A DNA stretch of 64,000 bases, taken from positions 384,001 through 448,000 of the forward strand of contig OY970160.1 of the NCBI GenBank assembly GCA_963706445.1, given 5' to 3'. Every line of letters starts with the position of its first letter. Position 1 is the first letter of the stretch. Both the position numbers and the translations under genes were made by a program. The notes under the pieces were generated by a model that was not told the DNA's origin, did no database searches, and saw only the letters and a list, made by a program, of their open reading frames with translations. The stretch comes from an uncultured Nitrososphaerales archaeon. GTDB lineage: Archaea; Thermoproteota; Nitrososphaeria; Nitrososphaerales; Gagatemarchaeaceae. Positions 1 through 9,140 of this stretch are shown in pieces.

Positions 1-150
1 GACGAGCCAGGCCGCGTCCACGCCCACTCCGACAGCTGCGGCCCTTGCCCAAGTGAGACAACGAGGACATGCTCCAACTGCGGGGCTCCCCTGGGAGGGA
101 ACGACCAATTCTGCACGAAGTGCGGCTCTCAGCAGCCCCTGTCCGTGTGA
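1..150 (+). CDS. 3' end of a protein with C-terminal zinc-ribbon (partial)
   Basis: Frame 1 is open from the window edge to TGA at 148-150 and reads ...TCSNCGAPLGGNDQFCTKCGSQQPLSV (CxxC-x10-CxxC). Confidence 0.7.
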   Translation, partial: DEPGRVHAHSDSCGPCPSETTRTCSNCGAPLGGNDQFCTKCGSQQPLSV

Positions 151-272
151 ATCTTCTCTCGGAGGCCCTGTTTTCCTCTTGTATCGCTGGTAAGCTTTTT
201 AACCCGAACTCATTCCGGCCCGCTAAATCTGACGTCTCATGTGTGCAAATTGCGACCTAGAAGGTGTAATCA

Positions 273-908
273 ATGGTTGAAGTGAAAGTCCTAGAGGACA
301 CTGGGAATTCGGTCTCCCTGCAGCTCGAAGGAATCGACAGGTCCTACGCCAACGCTGTCAGGAGGTTCTGCATCTCCGAGGTCCCGGCCATGGCTATAGA
401 CGACGTGGTGATACTGGAGAACTCCTCAGTCCTCTACGACGAGATACTCGCACACAGGCTGGGGATGATCCCCATCAAGACCGACCTCTCGAGGTACAAC
501 CTCCCCGAGGAGTGCGACTGCGGCAACCCACTCGGGTGCCACAAGTGCCGCGTCTTGTTCGTCCTTGACGCCAAGGGCAAGGACAAGGTCACCACGGTGA
601 TGTCCGGGGACCTCGTCTCAGAAGACAGGGAGATTAGACCAATCAGCGAGACGATCCCGCTCGTCAAGCTGGCCACTGGCCAGTCGGTCAAGCTCGAGGC
701 GTACGCGCGGCTGGGCCGCGGGAAGGAGCACGCAAAGTGGCAGCCCTGCAGCATCGCCGCCCTCACCGACGGCAAAAAGGAAGGGACGTTCAACCTGACC
801 GTCGAGTCCGCAGGGGGACTCCCGGCAAGAGAGATAGTCATGAAGGCCATCGAGCTTCTCGAGAAGAAGCTGAAGGAGATCCAGGTCGCCGTAGGTGGCG
901 CCCAATGA
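273..908 (+). CDS. rpoD: DNA-directed RNA polymerase subunit D (Rpo3)
   Basis: ANAVRR, ENSSVLYDEILAHRLGMIP, GRGKEHAKWQP motifs; first gene of the rpoD-rpl18e-rpl13-rps9-rpoN cluster. Confidence 0.97.
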   Translation: MVEVKVLEDTGNSVSLQLEGIDRSYANAVRRFCISEVPAMAIDDVVILENSSVLYDEILAHRLGMIPIKTDLSRYNLPEECDCGNPLGCHKCRVLFVLDAKGKDKVTTVMSGDLVSEDREIRPISETIPLVKLATGQSVKLEAYARLGRGKEHAKWQPCSIAALTDGKKEGTFNLTVESAGGLPAREIVMKAIELLEKKLKEIQVAVGGAQ

Positions 909-1258
909 CCTCGTCCAACCCGGTCAAGAGGCACACCACCGTGATGCTCGAGCGCGCAGGCAAGAAGCAGGAGGCGCCCATCTGGAGAGAAGCGTCCGCA
1001 ATGCTGTCGAACCCCGCCGTCAACCGCATAGAGGTCAACCTGTGCCGCATCTCGCGAATGGCCGAGAACGGGCAGGCCATCTTCGTCCCAGGCAAGGTCC
1101 TCGGGACGGGGGTCATGGAAAGAAAGCTCACCGTGGGGGCGTTTGCCTTCTCCGCCAGTGCGAAGGCGAAGATCGAGGCTTCGGGCGGGTCAGCCGTTTC
1201 AATCGAGGAGTTCCTGAAGAAGTACCCGAAAGGGAGTGGGGTAAGACTTGTCAAGTAA
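905..1258 (+). CDS. rpl18e: 50S ribosomal protein L18e
   Basis: ATG at 905 overlaps the rpoD stop; EVNLCRI, FVPGKVLGTG, FSASAKAKIEASGG motifs; synteny. Confidence 0.95.
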   Translation: MTSSNPVKRHTTVMLERAGKKQEAPIWREASAMLSNPAVNRIEVNLCRISRMAENGQAIFVPGKVLGTGVMERKLTVGAFAFSASAKAKIEASGGSAVSIEEFLKKYPKGSGVRLVK

Positions 1259-1688
1259 CGAGACCATCTACATCGACGCCACCAACCAGATAGCGGGGAG
1301 GCTCTCCTCGAAGGCGGCCAAGCTCATCCTCTCGGGCAAGAGAGTTATCATCGTCAACGCAGAGAAGGCACTGATTTCGGGTGACCGCACCTCGGTCATC
1401 AACCAATGGAAGGAGAAGCTTGAGTTGTCCAGCCACGTCAACCCGATCTACGGCCCCATCCACCCGCGGAGGCCCGACAACATCCTCCGAAGGATGATCA
1501 GGGGGATGGTCCCGAGGAAGAAGTCAAAGGGTCCCATCGCGATGAAGAGGCTCAGGGTGTTCATAGGGGTCCCGTCGTCGGTCGACGCCACGAAGCTCAG
1601 CAAGTTCGAGGAGACAACGGCGACCCGGCCGATCCCAGTCTACGTCACCATGGGCGACCTTTCAAAGAGCCTGGGATGGAACGAATAA
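1248..1688 (+). CDS. rpl13: 50S ribosomal protein L13
   Basis: IDATNQIAGRLSS, VNAEKALISG, GPIHPRRPDNILRRMIRGMVP. Confidence 0.96.
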   Translation: MSSNETIYIDATNQIAGRLSSKAAKLILSGKRVIIVNAEKALISGDRTSVINQWKEKLELSSHVNPIYGPIHPRRPDNILRRMIRGMVPRKKSKGPIAMKRLRVFIGVPSSVDATKLSKFEETTATRPIPVYVTMGDLSKSLGWNE

Positions 1689-1690
1689 CC

Positions 1691-2122
1691 ATGCCAACCT
1701 CTACTCCGAAGGCCCAGGTCAAGAAGCCGCCGAAGCTATACTCAGGCGCGAGGAAGACAGCACGTGCCACGGCTGCCATAGTCCTAGGTGGTGGGAAGAT
1801 CAGGATCAACGGGACCCCGGTCGAGATCTGGGAGCCGGAGCCGGCGAGGCTGCACCTGCTGGGCCCCGTTCTGGTCGTGGGGGAGCTGAGAGAGAAGTAC
1901 GACATCGATGTGAGCGTCGCCGGAGGAGGGTTCATGGGCCAGGCTGACGCCGCCGCCATGGCAATCGCCAGGGCCTATGTCGACCAGGTCAGAGGGAGCG
2001 AAGTTCGGGAGAAATTGAATGCATACAATAAATACCTGCTATCGGGCGACCCGCGACAAGCTGAGCCCAAGAAATTCGGCGGTCCAGGCGCCCGCAGAAA
2101 GCGCCAGAAGAGCTACCGCTGA
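1691..2122 (+). CDS. rps9: 30S ribosomal protein S9
   Basis: GARKTARATA, GGGFMGQADA, DPRQAEPKKFGGPGARRKRQKSYR. Confidence 0.97.
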   Translation: MPTSTPKAQVKKPPKLYSGARKTARATAAIVLGGGKIRINGTPVEIWEPEPARLHLLGPVLVVGELREKYDIDVSVAGGGFMGQADAAAMAIARAYVDQVRGSEVREKLNAYNKYLLSGDPRQAEPKKFGGPGARRKRQKSYR

Positions 2123-2158
2123 CCTGGGTCGTTAAATAGAAAATCGTACTCCTCAAAT

Positions 2159-2767
2159 GTGCGCAGCCGGTTTCCTCCTCGGTTAATCAGAATCACCCGA
2201 GCCGAATTCTTGAGAGTAATGAGCACATCGGCGACGACCAAGGAAGCATCAAAGAAGCTTGGAATACCTTGCGAAGCCTTCCGTAGAATGCGAAGAAAGT
2301 TCCGAAACCCTCCGCAGAATTCGGAAGGCATTGACTTTGTAGCACTTTATCGAGCAAGACCTCCTATACCTAGAGTCATCATCCGAACCAAAGATGGGCG
2401 TCGATATGTAGGAACTCTGGTCGGCACTGAGGGTTGCGTTACATGCGCATACGCCAAACCCGCAGACACCACAGAACTCGTGATAGTAGTTGAAATGACC
2501 GATAGGGATTGGATTGTGAAGTTCTCGGAAGAGGTTGGGCTGACCCCTCCGCCAGAGATGGGCAGGGATGTCAGTCCGAAGCGAAAGGCCAAGTTCCGTC
2601 GAGCTCCCTCTGGCCTGCGCGCTTTGAGAATCCTCAAGGAGATACTCCCGTATTTGTATGGCCAGCGTCTCAGGGAAGCTCAAAGGGCGATTGAATACTT
2701 CTCTCCTTCTGGCCATGTGAAAGGAATGGTGAGGGCAGCCGAAATCTGGGGAGACTTGCGCCTATAG
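2159..2767 (+). CDS. Free-standing single-motif LAGLIDADG homing endonuclease-like protein with N-terminal HTH-like segment
   Basis: YVGTLVGTEGCV matches the LAGLIDADG helix; VVEMTDRDWI and LRILKEILPYLYGQRLREAQRAIEY are typical downstream elements; TTKEASKKLGI is HTH-like; AT-richer than flanks; TTAAATA at 2132-2138 is ~25 nt before the GTG start. Confidence 0.72.
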   Translation: MRSRFPPRLIRITRAEFLRVMSTSATTKEASKKLGIPCEAFRRMRRKFRNPPQNSEGIDFVALYRARPPIPRVIIRTKDGRRYVGTLVGTEGCVTCAYAKPADTTELVIVVEMTDRDWIVKFSEEVGLTPPPEMGRDVSPKRKAKFRRAPSGLRALRILKEILPYLYGQRLREAQRAIEYFSPSGHVKGMVRAAEIWGDLRL

Positions 2768-2821
2768 GCGATATCCATATATTCAGACTCCAAAAGCGCA
2801 GGTTTGAGTTACAGATAGCCT

Positions 2822-3031
2822 ATGATGATACCAATCCGTTGTTTCACCTGCGGGAACCTCATCGGGGACAAATTCGCTCCATTCCAGACAAGGGCGAAGT
2901 CCGGCGAAGACCCGGGCAAGGTGCTGGACGACCTCGGCCTGAAGAGGTACTGCTGCCGCAGCATGCTCATCTCATCCATCGACGTGATCGACCAGGTCCT
3001 CCCGTTCTACAGCCGGAAGGCCGAAATCTAA
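2822..3031 (+). CDS. rpoN: DNA-directed RNA polymerase subunit N (Rpo10)
   Basis: [11 protein letters not shown]...KRYCCRSML. Confidence 0.98.
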   Translation: MMIPIRCFTCGNLIGDKFAPFQTRAKSGEDPGKVLDDLGLKRYCCRSMLISSIDVIDQVLPFYSRKAEI

Positions 3032-3049
3032 GGGACTGACGGATTGGGT

Positions 3050-3742
3050 ATGTCAGAGTTCGATGACGACGAAGCCGGTTCGGCCGACACCATGGTCGTC
3101 CACGGGCTCTCCGAGAAGGCCCTGTTGGCGACGGGAATCCGCATCGGCACTCCGGTGAGGACCAAGACGATGGAGCAGTTCACAGCTAGGCCCCGACCAG
3201 ACGGACTCCACATGATAGACTACGCCAAGACCCTCCAGCGCATTGACATCGCGGGCAAGTTCATCGCCTCCACGGGGGCCAAGAACACCGTGGTCTACAC
3301 CAGCCGCGAGCACGGCGCCATGGCCGTCGAGAAGTTCTGCGAGCTCACGGGCGCCATGAAGCGCATCGGAAGGTTCATGCCAGGGACCTTCACCAACCCC
3401 CTCTACCCCGGACACCTCGACGCCGAACTTGTGGTTGTGGCAGACCCGATGTCTGACGCCCAGGCCATAATTGAAGCCGGGAAGCTCGGGGTCCCGGTCA
3501 TATCGATCTGCGACACGGACAACGTCACCGACGACATCGACCTGGTCATCCCCGGCAATAATCGCGGTCGCAAGGCGATAGCGGCCATTTTCTGGCTGCT
3601 GGCGAGGGCGACCCTCACACACTCTGGCCTCCTAGCGGAGGACCAACCCATGAAGTACACCATAGAGGACTTCGAGACCAAGATGGAGGAGCAGCCGCAG
3701 TCCGACATGCTGGACGAACGCTCGTCCGACAGACCAGAATAG
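3050..3742 (+). CDS. rps2: 30S ribosomal protein S2
   Basis: GRFMPGTFTNP, CDTDN, IPGNNRGRKAI. Confidence 0.96.
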   Translation: MSEFDDDEAGSADTMVVHGLSEKALLATGIRIGTPVRTKTMEQFTARPRPDGLHMIDYAKTLQRIDIAGKFIASTGAKNTVVYTSREHGAMAVEKFCELTGAMKRIGRFMPGTFTNPLYPGHLDAELVVVADPMSDAQAIIEAGKLGVPVISICDTDNVTDDIDLVIPGNNRGRKAIAAIFWLLARATLTHSGLLAEDQPMKYTIEDFETKMEEQPQSDMLDERSSDRPE

Positions 3743-3752
3743 ACAGTCGAGC

Positions 3753-4595
3753 TTGTTGATCCGAAAGCCGGCTTTCGCGGGGCAGTTCTATCCTGCAGAC
3801 TCAAGGGAGCTTTCACAGCTCATCGACAAGTGTTACGCCCACCCTCTCGGCCCCGGCAGGTCCCCGCCCGCACCGAAGACCAAGGCCAGAGCAGTCGCTG
3901 TGGCGTCTCCCCACGCTGGCTACGTCTACTCGGGCCCCGTCGCCGCCCACTCGTATCTACACGTCTCCTCGCTCGAAGACCCGGAACTTATCGTGGTGGT
4001 CGCCCCGAACCACTATGGGATTGGGAGCGGGGTGTCCATCTTCGAATCAGGGGAGTGGGAGACCCCCCTAGGAAGGATGCGTGTGGACTCGGAGGCAGCG
4101 AAGGAGCTGGAGGGTCTCACCGAACTCGTGACCGTCGACCCGGAGGCCCAGAGGCTGGAGCACTCGCTCGAAGTCCAGCTTCCGTTCCTCCAGAGGATCT
4201 ACGGGGACAAAGTCCCCTTTCTCCCGATCTCGCTTCTTTTCCAGGATATAGAAACAGCCAAGGCGATGTCGGAAGCCCTCGCCAAACTGCTGAAAGGAAA
4301 GAGGGTGGTTCTCATCGCCTCCTCGGACCTGACCCACTACGAGCCCGCCGAGGATGCGAAGGCCAAGGACACGGCCCTGCTCCAGAACGTGTTGGACTCC
4401 GACCTCGAGGGGTTCTACTCGACCCTCGAGCTGCTGAACGTCACTTCGTGCGGCTTCGGGGCCATCGCCACAGTGATGGAGACCGCCAGGTCACTGGGCC
4501 TCTCCCACCCTGAGCTTCTCAAGTACGCCACCAGCGGCGACACGAGCGGAGACAACCTTCAAGTCGTGGGGTACGGCGCCCTGAGATTCGTCTAG
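3753..4595 (+). CDS. MEMO1 family protein (AmmeMemoRadiSam protein B)
   Basis: RKPAFAGQFYP, PHAGYVYSG, PNH, EHSLEVQLPFLQ, ASSDLTHY, VVGY. Confidence 0.95.
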   Translation: MLIRKPAFAGQFYPADSRELSQLIDKCYAHPLGPGRSPPAPKTKARAVAVASPHAGYVYSGPVAAHSYLHVSSLEDPELIVVVAPNHYGIGSGVSIFESGEWETPLGRMRVDSEAAKELEGLTELVTVDPEAQRLEHSLEVQLPFLQRIYGDKVPFLPISLLFQDIETAKAMSEALAKLLKGKRVVLIASSDLTHYEPAEDAKAKDTALLQNVLDSDLEGFYSTLELLNVTSCGFGAIATVMETARSLGLSHPELLKYATSGDTSGDNLQVVGYGALRFV

Positions 4596-4597
4596 TC

Positions 4598-5527
4598 TTG
4601 AAAGCTATCGCCGAGGCTCCGTCCAAGGCAATAATCACGGGAGAGCATTTCGTCGTCCACGGGGCTTGGGCCCTCGCGGCGGCTCTCCCCCGGAATGTCC
4701 ATGTGGAGATCAGCCCGTCTTCGAAGTTCGGGGTCTCGTCGGACAAGTTCGGTCGTGATACCACTACGGAACTCGCTCCAGTCTCGAAAGTGGTCGAGGG
4801 GATGGCCAGGGAGTTCTCGACCAAGCCAACGGTTAGGGTGCGGATCAAGAGCGATGTCCCGGGGGGCGCAGGCCTCGGATCTTCAGCCTCCACAATGGTC
4901 GCCGTCGCGTCCGCCTTCTCCCGACTGAACTCCCTTGGCCTCGGGGTGGACGAGGTCATCCGATGCGCCATGGTGGGGGAGCACGAAATCCACGGAAAGC
5001 CATCTGGGATTGACCCGACCATCTGTGCCCACGGGGGGGTGCTTCTGTTCAGGCCCGGGTCTCCTCCCAGGAGGCTCCGACTCGAGGGAACCCGCTCACT
5101 GATCATCTCCCACTCGGGCAACGTCAGGAGCACCAAGGGTCAGATCAGCCACGTCTCGGAGACTAGGTCAAGGTCCCCACACCTGTTCTCGATGCTCGCT
5201 GAAGGGGTGAGCGGACTCAGCCTTTCCGCATCCGATATGCTCCTGTCGGGGGACATGAAGGGGCTGGGAGGCCTCCTCGCGTTGAACCAGGCAGTCCTCG
5301 GTTCGGTCGGCGTCTCCACCGAGGTCCTCGACAGGATGGTCGAACTCTGCGGGTCTCTCGGGTGCTACGGCGCGAAGCTCACCGGAGCCGGCGGGGGAGG
5401 AAGTGTCCTTGCGGTCGCGCCTCAGGCAAAGGAAAAAAGGGTTGTTTCAGGGCTTCAAGCGCGAGGATTTGAGACCTTCAGAGTGAGAATCCCTGTCGAG
5501 GGAGTGAAAAGCTGGCTAGAACGGTAA
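4598..5527 (+). CDS. mvk: Mevalonate kinase
   Basis: PSKAIITGEHFVVHG, GHMP motif PGGAGLGSSAS, HGKPSGID, AKLTGAGGGG. Confidence 0.93.
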   Translation: MKAIAEAPSKAIITGEHFVVHGAWALAAALPRNVHVEISPSSKFGVSSDKFGRDTTTELAPVSKVVEGMAREFSTKPTVRVRIKSDVPGGAGLGSSASTMVAVASAFSRLNSLGLGVDEVIRCAMVGEHEIHGKPSGIDPTICAHGGVLLFRPGSPPRRLRLEGTRSLIISHSGNVRSTKGQISHVSETRSRSPHLFSMLAEGVSGLSLSASDMLLSGDMKGLGGLLALNQAVLGSVGVSTEVLDRMVELCGSLGCYGAKLTGAGGGGSVLAVAPQAKEKRVVSGLQARGFETFRVRIPVEGVKSWLER

Positions 5528-6258
5528 TCGCCAAGCTCGGAGGGTCAGTCATCACTGACAAGTCCAAGCCGTTCTCCTACCGTCCTGACGTGGTCTCCGC
5601 GCTGTCTGAGGAGATCGCTTCATCCGACCAGAAGGTCGTAGTCGTCCACGGGGGCGGTTCATACGGGCACGTGGTCGCCAAGCAGCACGGAATCTCGGCG
5701 GTGGTCTCTGAGGCTCCGGCGGTCGGCGTGGCCCAGACCAGAGGGGCGATGTACGAGCTCAACAGGATAGTCTGCAAGACGATGATGGAGTACAAGCTGA
5801 ACCCCTACCCGTTCTCACCCTTCGACGCTGTGAGCAGGGCGGGCAAGCTCCCGGTCGCATCCTGGCTCAAGGGGCTCCTCAAGGAGGGCCTAACCCCTAT
5901 CACCTTCGGGGACGTGACCCTCTCGCCCAACGGGTTCAGGGTCCTCTCCGGGGACGTGATCATGCAGGAGCTGGCGAAGATACTCTCCCCCGACCTTGCG
6001 GTCTTCGCCCTTGACGTCGATGGTGTGTACGAGGAGAACACCAGGGTCATCGTCCAGGAGCTGTCCCCTTCCAAGATCAGGAGGATGTCCGTCCCAGATG
6101 GAGACGACGCCACGGGGGGAATGAAGCTCAAGCTCGACGTGGCGGCACGCATCGCCGCAGGAGGGACGAAGGTCTGCTTCGTATCCGGATATCGTAGGAA
6201 CGAGTTCTCCAAGGCCCTCCGCGGACTCGACTTTTACGGGACCGTAATCAGGTCCTGA
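5512..6258 (+). CDS. ipk: Isopentenyl phosphate kinase (probable CTG start)
   Basis: VVHGGGSYGH, LSGD, DVDGVY, DATGGMKLK. The conserved N-terminal KLGGSVITDK lies upstream of the called GTG at 5590, so the start is placed at CTG 5512. Confidence 0.9.
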   Translation: MARTVIAKLGGSVITDKSKPFSYRPDVVSALSEEIASSDQKVVVVHGGGSYGHVVAKQHGISAVVSEAPAVGVAQTRGAMYELNRIVCKTMMEYKLNPYPFSPFDAVSRAGKLPVASWLKGLLKEGLTPITFGDVTLSPNGFRVLSGDVIMQELAKILSPDLAVFALDVDGVYEENTRVIVQELSPSKIRRMSVPDGDDATGGMKLKLDVAARIAAGGTKVCFVSGYRRNEFSKALRGLDFYGTVIRS

Positions 6259-6272
6259 CGGTACCAGGAGGT

Positions 6273-7316
6273 GTGGCCCAGCAATTGCCCGACATGCAGG
6301 ATGAAATGAAGGGAGTCAAATCCAGGGTCGACGAGCTCATCCTCACCCAGCTCCTGCCGAAGTCCAGCCCAATCAAGGAGGTCGACCTGCTGTACAATAT
6401 GATGAGAGACTACCCCTCCAGGAAGGCGAAGGGGATGCGCCCGTTCCTTTGCGTGACCGCCTGCAGAGCCGCAGGGGGGACGGAATCGGACGCGATTCTT
6501 ACGGCTGCGTGCATCGAGCTCTTCCAGAACTGGATTCTGATTCACGACGACATCGAGGACGGCTCCGAGCTCAGGCGGGGGGAGCCTTCCCTCCACAGGA
6601 AATACACGGAGGGACTCGCCCTGAACGCCGGGGACGCGCTCCACGCCAAGACCTGGGAGTCCCTCCTCAGGAACAGGGAGACGCTTGGACTGGAGCGGAC
6701 CTTCTCGGTCATGGGGGAATTCTCACACATGGTGGACCAGACCACCGAGGGCCAGCACATGGAGCTCGGATGGGTGGCGGGGAAGAGGTGGGACCTCAAG
6801 GAAAAGGACTACCTTGAGATGTGCACGCGAAAGACGTCGTGGTACACCGTAGCCAGCCCGTGCAGGCTCGGTGCCATAGTCGCGGGCGCAGGGAGCGGAG
6901 TGCTCCAGGAGTTGAGGGAGTTCGGGCTCAGCCTGGGGGTGGCATTCCAGATCCAGGACGACGCCCTGAACCTCGTGGGGGACCAGAAGAAATACGGCAA
7001 GGCGAAGTCTGACGACATCTTAGAGGGGAAGCGGACTCTGATACTCCTCCACCTCCTAGCGGTAGCGGGCCAGAGCGAAAGAGACAAAGTGATTTCCATA
7101 ATGAACAAGAGCAGAGATAAGAAGACCTCCGCAGACGTGGAGTTCGTGCTCTCCATGATAGACAAATACGACGCCATCGGATTCGCCAGGAAGAGGGCGA
7201 ACGAGCTGATGAAAGAGGCGTTGGCCACTTTGAGGGGGATCAAATGGAAAGGGGACAGGGAGGCAGTTGACATGCTGGCGTCCTTCGCCCGTTTCGCAGT
7301 AGAGAGAGAATGGTGA
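6273..7316 (+). CDS. idsA: Geranylgeranyl diphosphate synthase (polyprenyl synthetase)
   Basis: LIHDDIEDGSELRRG and FQIQDD aspartate-rich motifs, EGQ, RKT. Confidence 0.93.
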   Translation: MAQQLPDMQDEMKGVKSRVDELILTQLLPKSSPIKEVDLLYNMMRDYPSRKAKGMRPFLCVTACRAAGGTESDAILTAACIELFQNWILIHDDIEDGSELRRGEPSLHRKYTEGLALNAGDALHAKTWESLLRNRETLGLERTFSVMGEFSHMVDQTTEGQHMELGWVAGKRWDLKEKDYLEMCTRKTSWYTVASPCRLGAIVAGAGSGVLQELREFGLSLGVAFQIQDDALNLVGDQKKYGKAKSDDILEGKRTLILLHLLAVAGQSERDKVISIMNKSRDKKTSADVEFVLSMIDKYDAIGFARKRANELMKEALATLRGIKWKGDREAVDMLASFARFAVEREW

Positions 7317-9019
7317 CCAAACTCGACGACGCGGCCCGGGCCGCCATCGAAAGGGCTGCACTCCTAAACGCATCAAAGCACGATAGGAAGGCCGAGCTGG
7401 GCGCGGTCATAGGCCGTGTCCTGGCCGAGAACTCTGAACTGAGGTCGAGTGCAGGCGCTGTCTCTAAGGAAGCCACTGCCGTCGTCAAGCGCATAAACGC
7501 CCTTTCGGTTGCGGAGCAACAGGCGCTCCTCAAGAAATACCCCGAAGCCGAAGCCGCTCCGAAGCCTGAGGGCCGCGTAGGACTCCCACCCCTCCCCAAC
7601 GCGGTCAAGGGGAAGACCGCCTTCCGCCTCCCACCGGAGCCGTCGGGGTACATGACCGTGGGGCACGCCATGGCCTTCACCATCAACTACCTGTACAAGC
7701 AGGAGTATGACGGAGAACTCTGGCTCCGCTTCGAAGACACCAACCCGCGGAAAGTCCAGCCACAATACTACGAGAACTTCCGCAAGGGCATCGCCTGGCT
7801 CGGCATCGAAGTGGACCACGAGAAGAACGTCTCCGACGACATGGAGCTCTTCTACGAGAACGGGAGGAAGCTCCTCGAGCTCGGTGACGCCTACGCCTGC
7901 TCCTGCGACGAGGCGAAGGTCAAGCGTCTGCGGTTCGATGGGGTCGCCTGCGAGCACAGGTCCAACCAGGTCGAGGAGAACCTCCGCAACTTCGACGACC
8001 TCCTGTCGAAGAAGCACAAGGAGGGCTCCTACGTCATCAGGTTCAAGGGGGACATGCAGAGCCCCAACTACTCTCTACGGGACACGAACATATTCAGGGT
8101 CGTCGACTACGCTCATCCACTTACTGGAACGAAGTACTCTCTCTGGCCCACCTACGACCTGGCGGTGGCTGTGGAGGACCAGATGTGCGGAATCACCCAC
8201 GTCCTCAGGAGTTCCGAGTTCAGGAACGAGCTTCAGCAGCTGATCCGCGACGCCCTGAAGTTCAGGCACCTGGAGGTCATCCAGTTCTCGAGGTTCAACT
8301 TCAAAGGGGCCCCGGTCGCGAAGAGGCTCCTCAGGCCACTGGTAGAGAAGAAGCTTGTCTCCGGGTGGGACGACCCGAGGATGCCAACTGTGGACGGCCT
8401 CAGGAGGCGCGGGATCATCCCCCAGACCATCAGGGAGTTCACCTTGCTGGTTGGGTACACCAAGACCGAGCACGAGTACGACTGGAGCATGCTCATGTCA
8501 TTGAACCGAAAGCTCCTCGACCCAGTCTCTAAGCGCATCTTCTTCGTCCCCGACCCAGTCAAGCTCACGGTCGAAGACGCGCCGAAGCGCAAGGCGACGA
8601 TCCCGTTACACCCCCAGCAGGACCTGGGCACGAGGACCATCGATACTGCCGGGGAGTTCTACCTCGCCGCTGGGGACCTGAAGAGCGTGAGCAGGGGGGC
8701 CATCTTCAGGTTGATGGACCTCTTCAACGTCGAGCTCGTATCTGCCGGGCCGAACCCGACTGCAAAGTATGCGGGGGACGAATTGATTCAGAACACGCGC
8801 AAGTTCCAGTGGGTGACCCCCGACCATTCCGAGGTTGCTGTGACCGTCCCCGACGTGCTGTTCCTTGAGGATGACAAGTTCAACCCAGACAGCCTGAAGG
8901 AAGTATCAGGCTACGCGGAGGAATCGGCCGCCAAGCTGAAGGTCGGGGACATCGTACAATTCCCGCGTTTCGGGTTCGCCCGGCTCGATTCGCCCGGGAA
9001 GTTCATCCTCAGCGGCTGA
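7310..9019 (+). CDS. gltX: Glutamate--tRNA ligase (archaeal type)
   Basis: PPEPSGYMTVGH, LRFEDTNP, WPTYD, ITHVLRSSEF, GWDDPRMPT, QFPRFGFARLD. Confidence 0.95.
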   Translation: MVTKLDDAARAAIERAALLNASKHDRKAELGAVIGRVLAENSELRSSAGAVSKEATAVVKRINALSVAEQQALLKKYPEAEAAPKPEGRVGLPPLPNAVKGKTAFRLPPEPSGYMTVGHAMAFTINYLYKQEYDGELWLRFEDTNPRKVQPQYYENFRKGIAWLGIEVDHEKNVSDDMELFYENGRKLLELGDAYACSCDEAKVKRLRFDGVACEHRSNQVEENLRNFDDLLSKKHKEGSYVIRFKGDMQSPNYSLRDTNIFRVVDYAHPLTGTKYSLWPTYDLAVAVEDQMCGITHVLRSSEFRNELQQLIRDALKFRHLEVIQFSRFNFKGAPVAKRLLRPLVEKKLVSGWDDPRMPTVDGLRRRGIIPQTIREFTLLVGYTKTEHEYDWSMLMSLNRKLLDPVSKRIFFVPDPVKLTVEDAPKRKATIPLHPQQDLGTRTIDTAGEFYLAAGDLKSVSRGAIFRLMDLFNVELVSAGPNPTAKYAGDELIQNTRKFQWVTPDHSEVAVTVPDVLFLEDDKFNPDSLKEVSGYAEESAAKLKVGDIVQFPRFGFARLDSPGKFILSG

Positions 9020-9140
9020 GCCCTCTCTTTCGCGAGAGCCCGAGAACAAGCAGCTCATCATTTCTGAGTCTACCTAGGCCGGCGACAGCCGCACACGGGG
9101 TTCTACCGGCTCCAACATCATTTTCCATCGCAACGATTTA

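Noticed and set aside
273-908. RpoD lacking the ferredoxin-like Fe-S insert
   Set aside because: Short RpoD forms are common in archaea; not unusual.
2159-2767. Intein or tRNA/rRNA intron as host of the first endonuclease
   Set aside because: rps9 and rpoN are complete with their own stop and start; no Hint motifs or tRNA cloverleaf were found in the gap.
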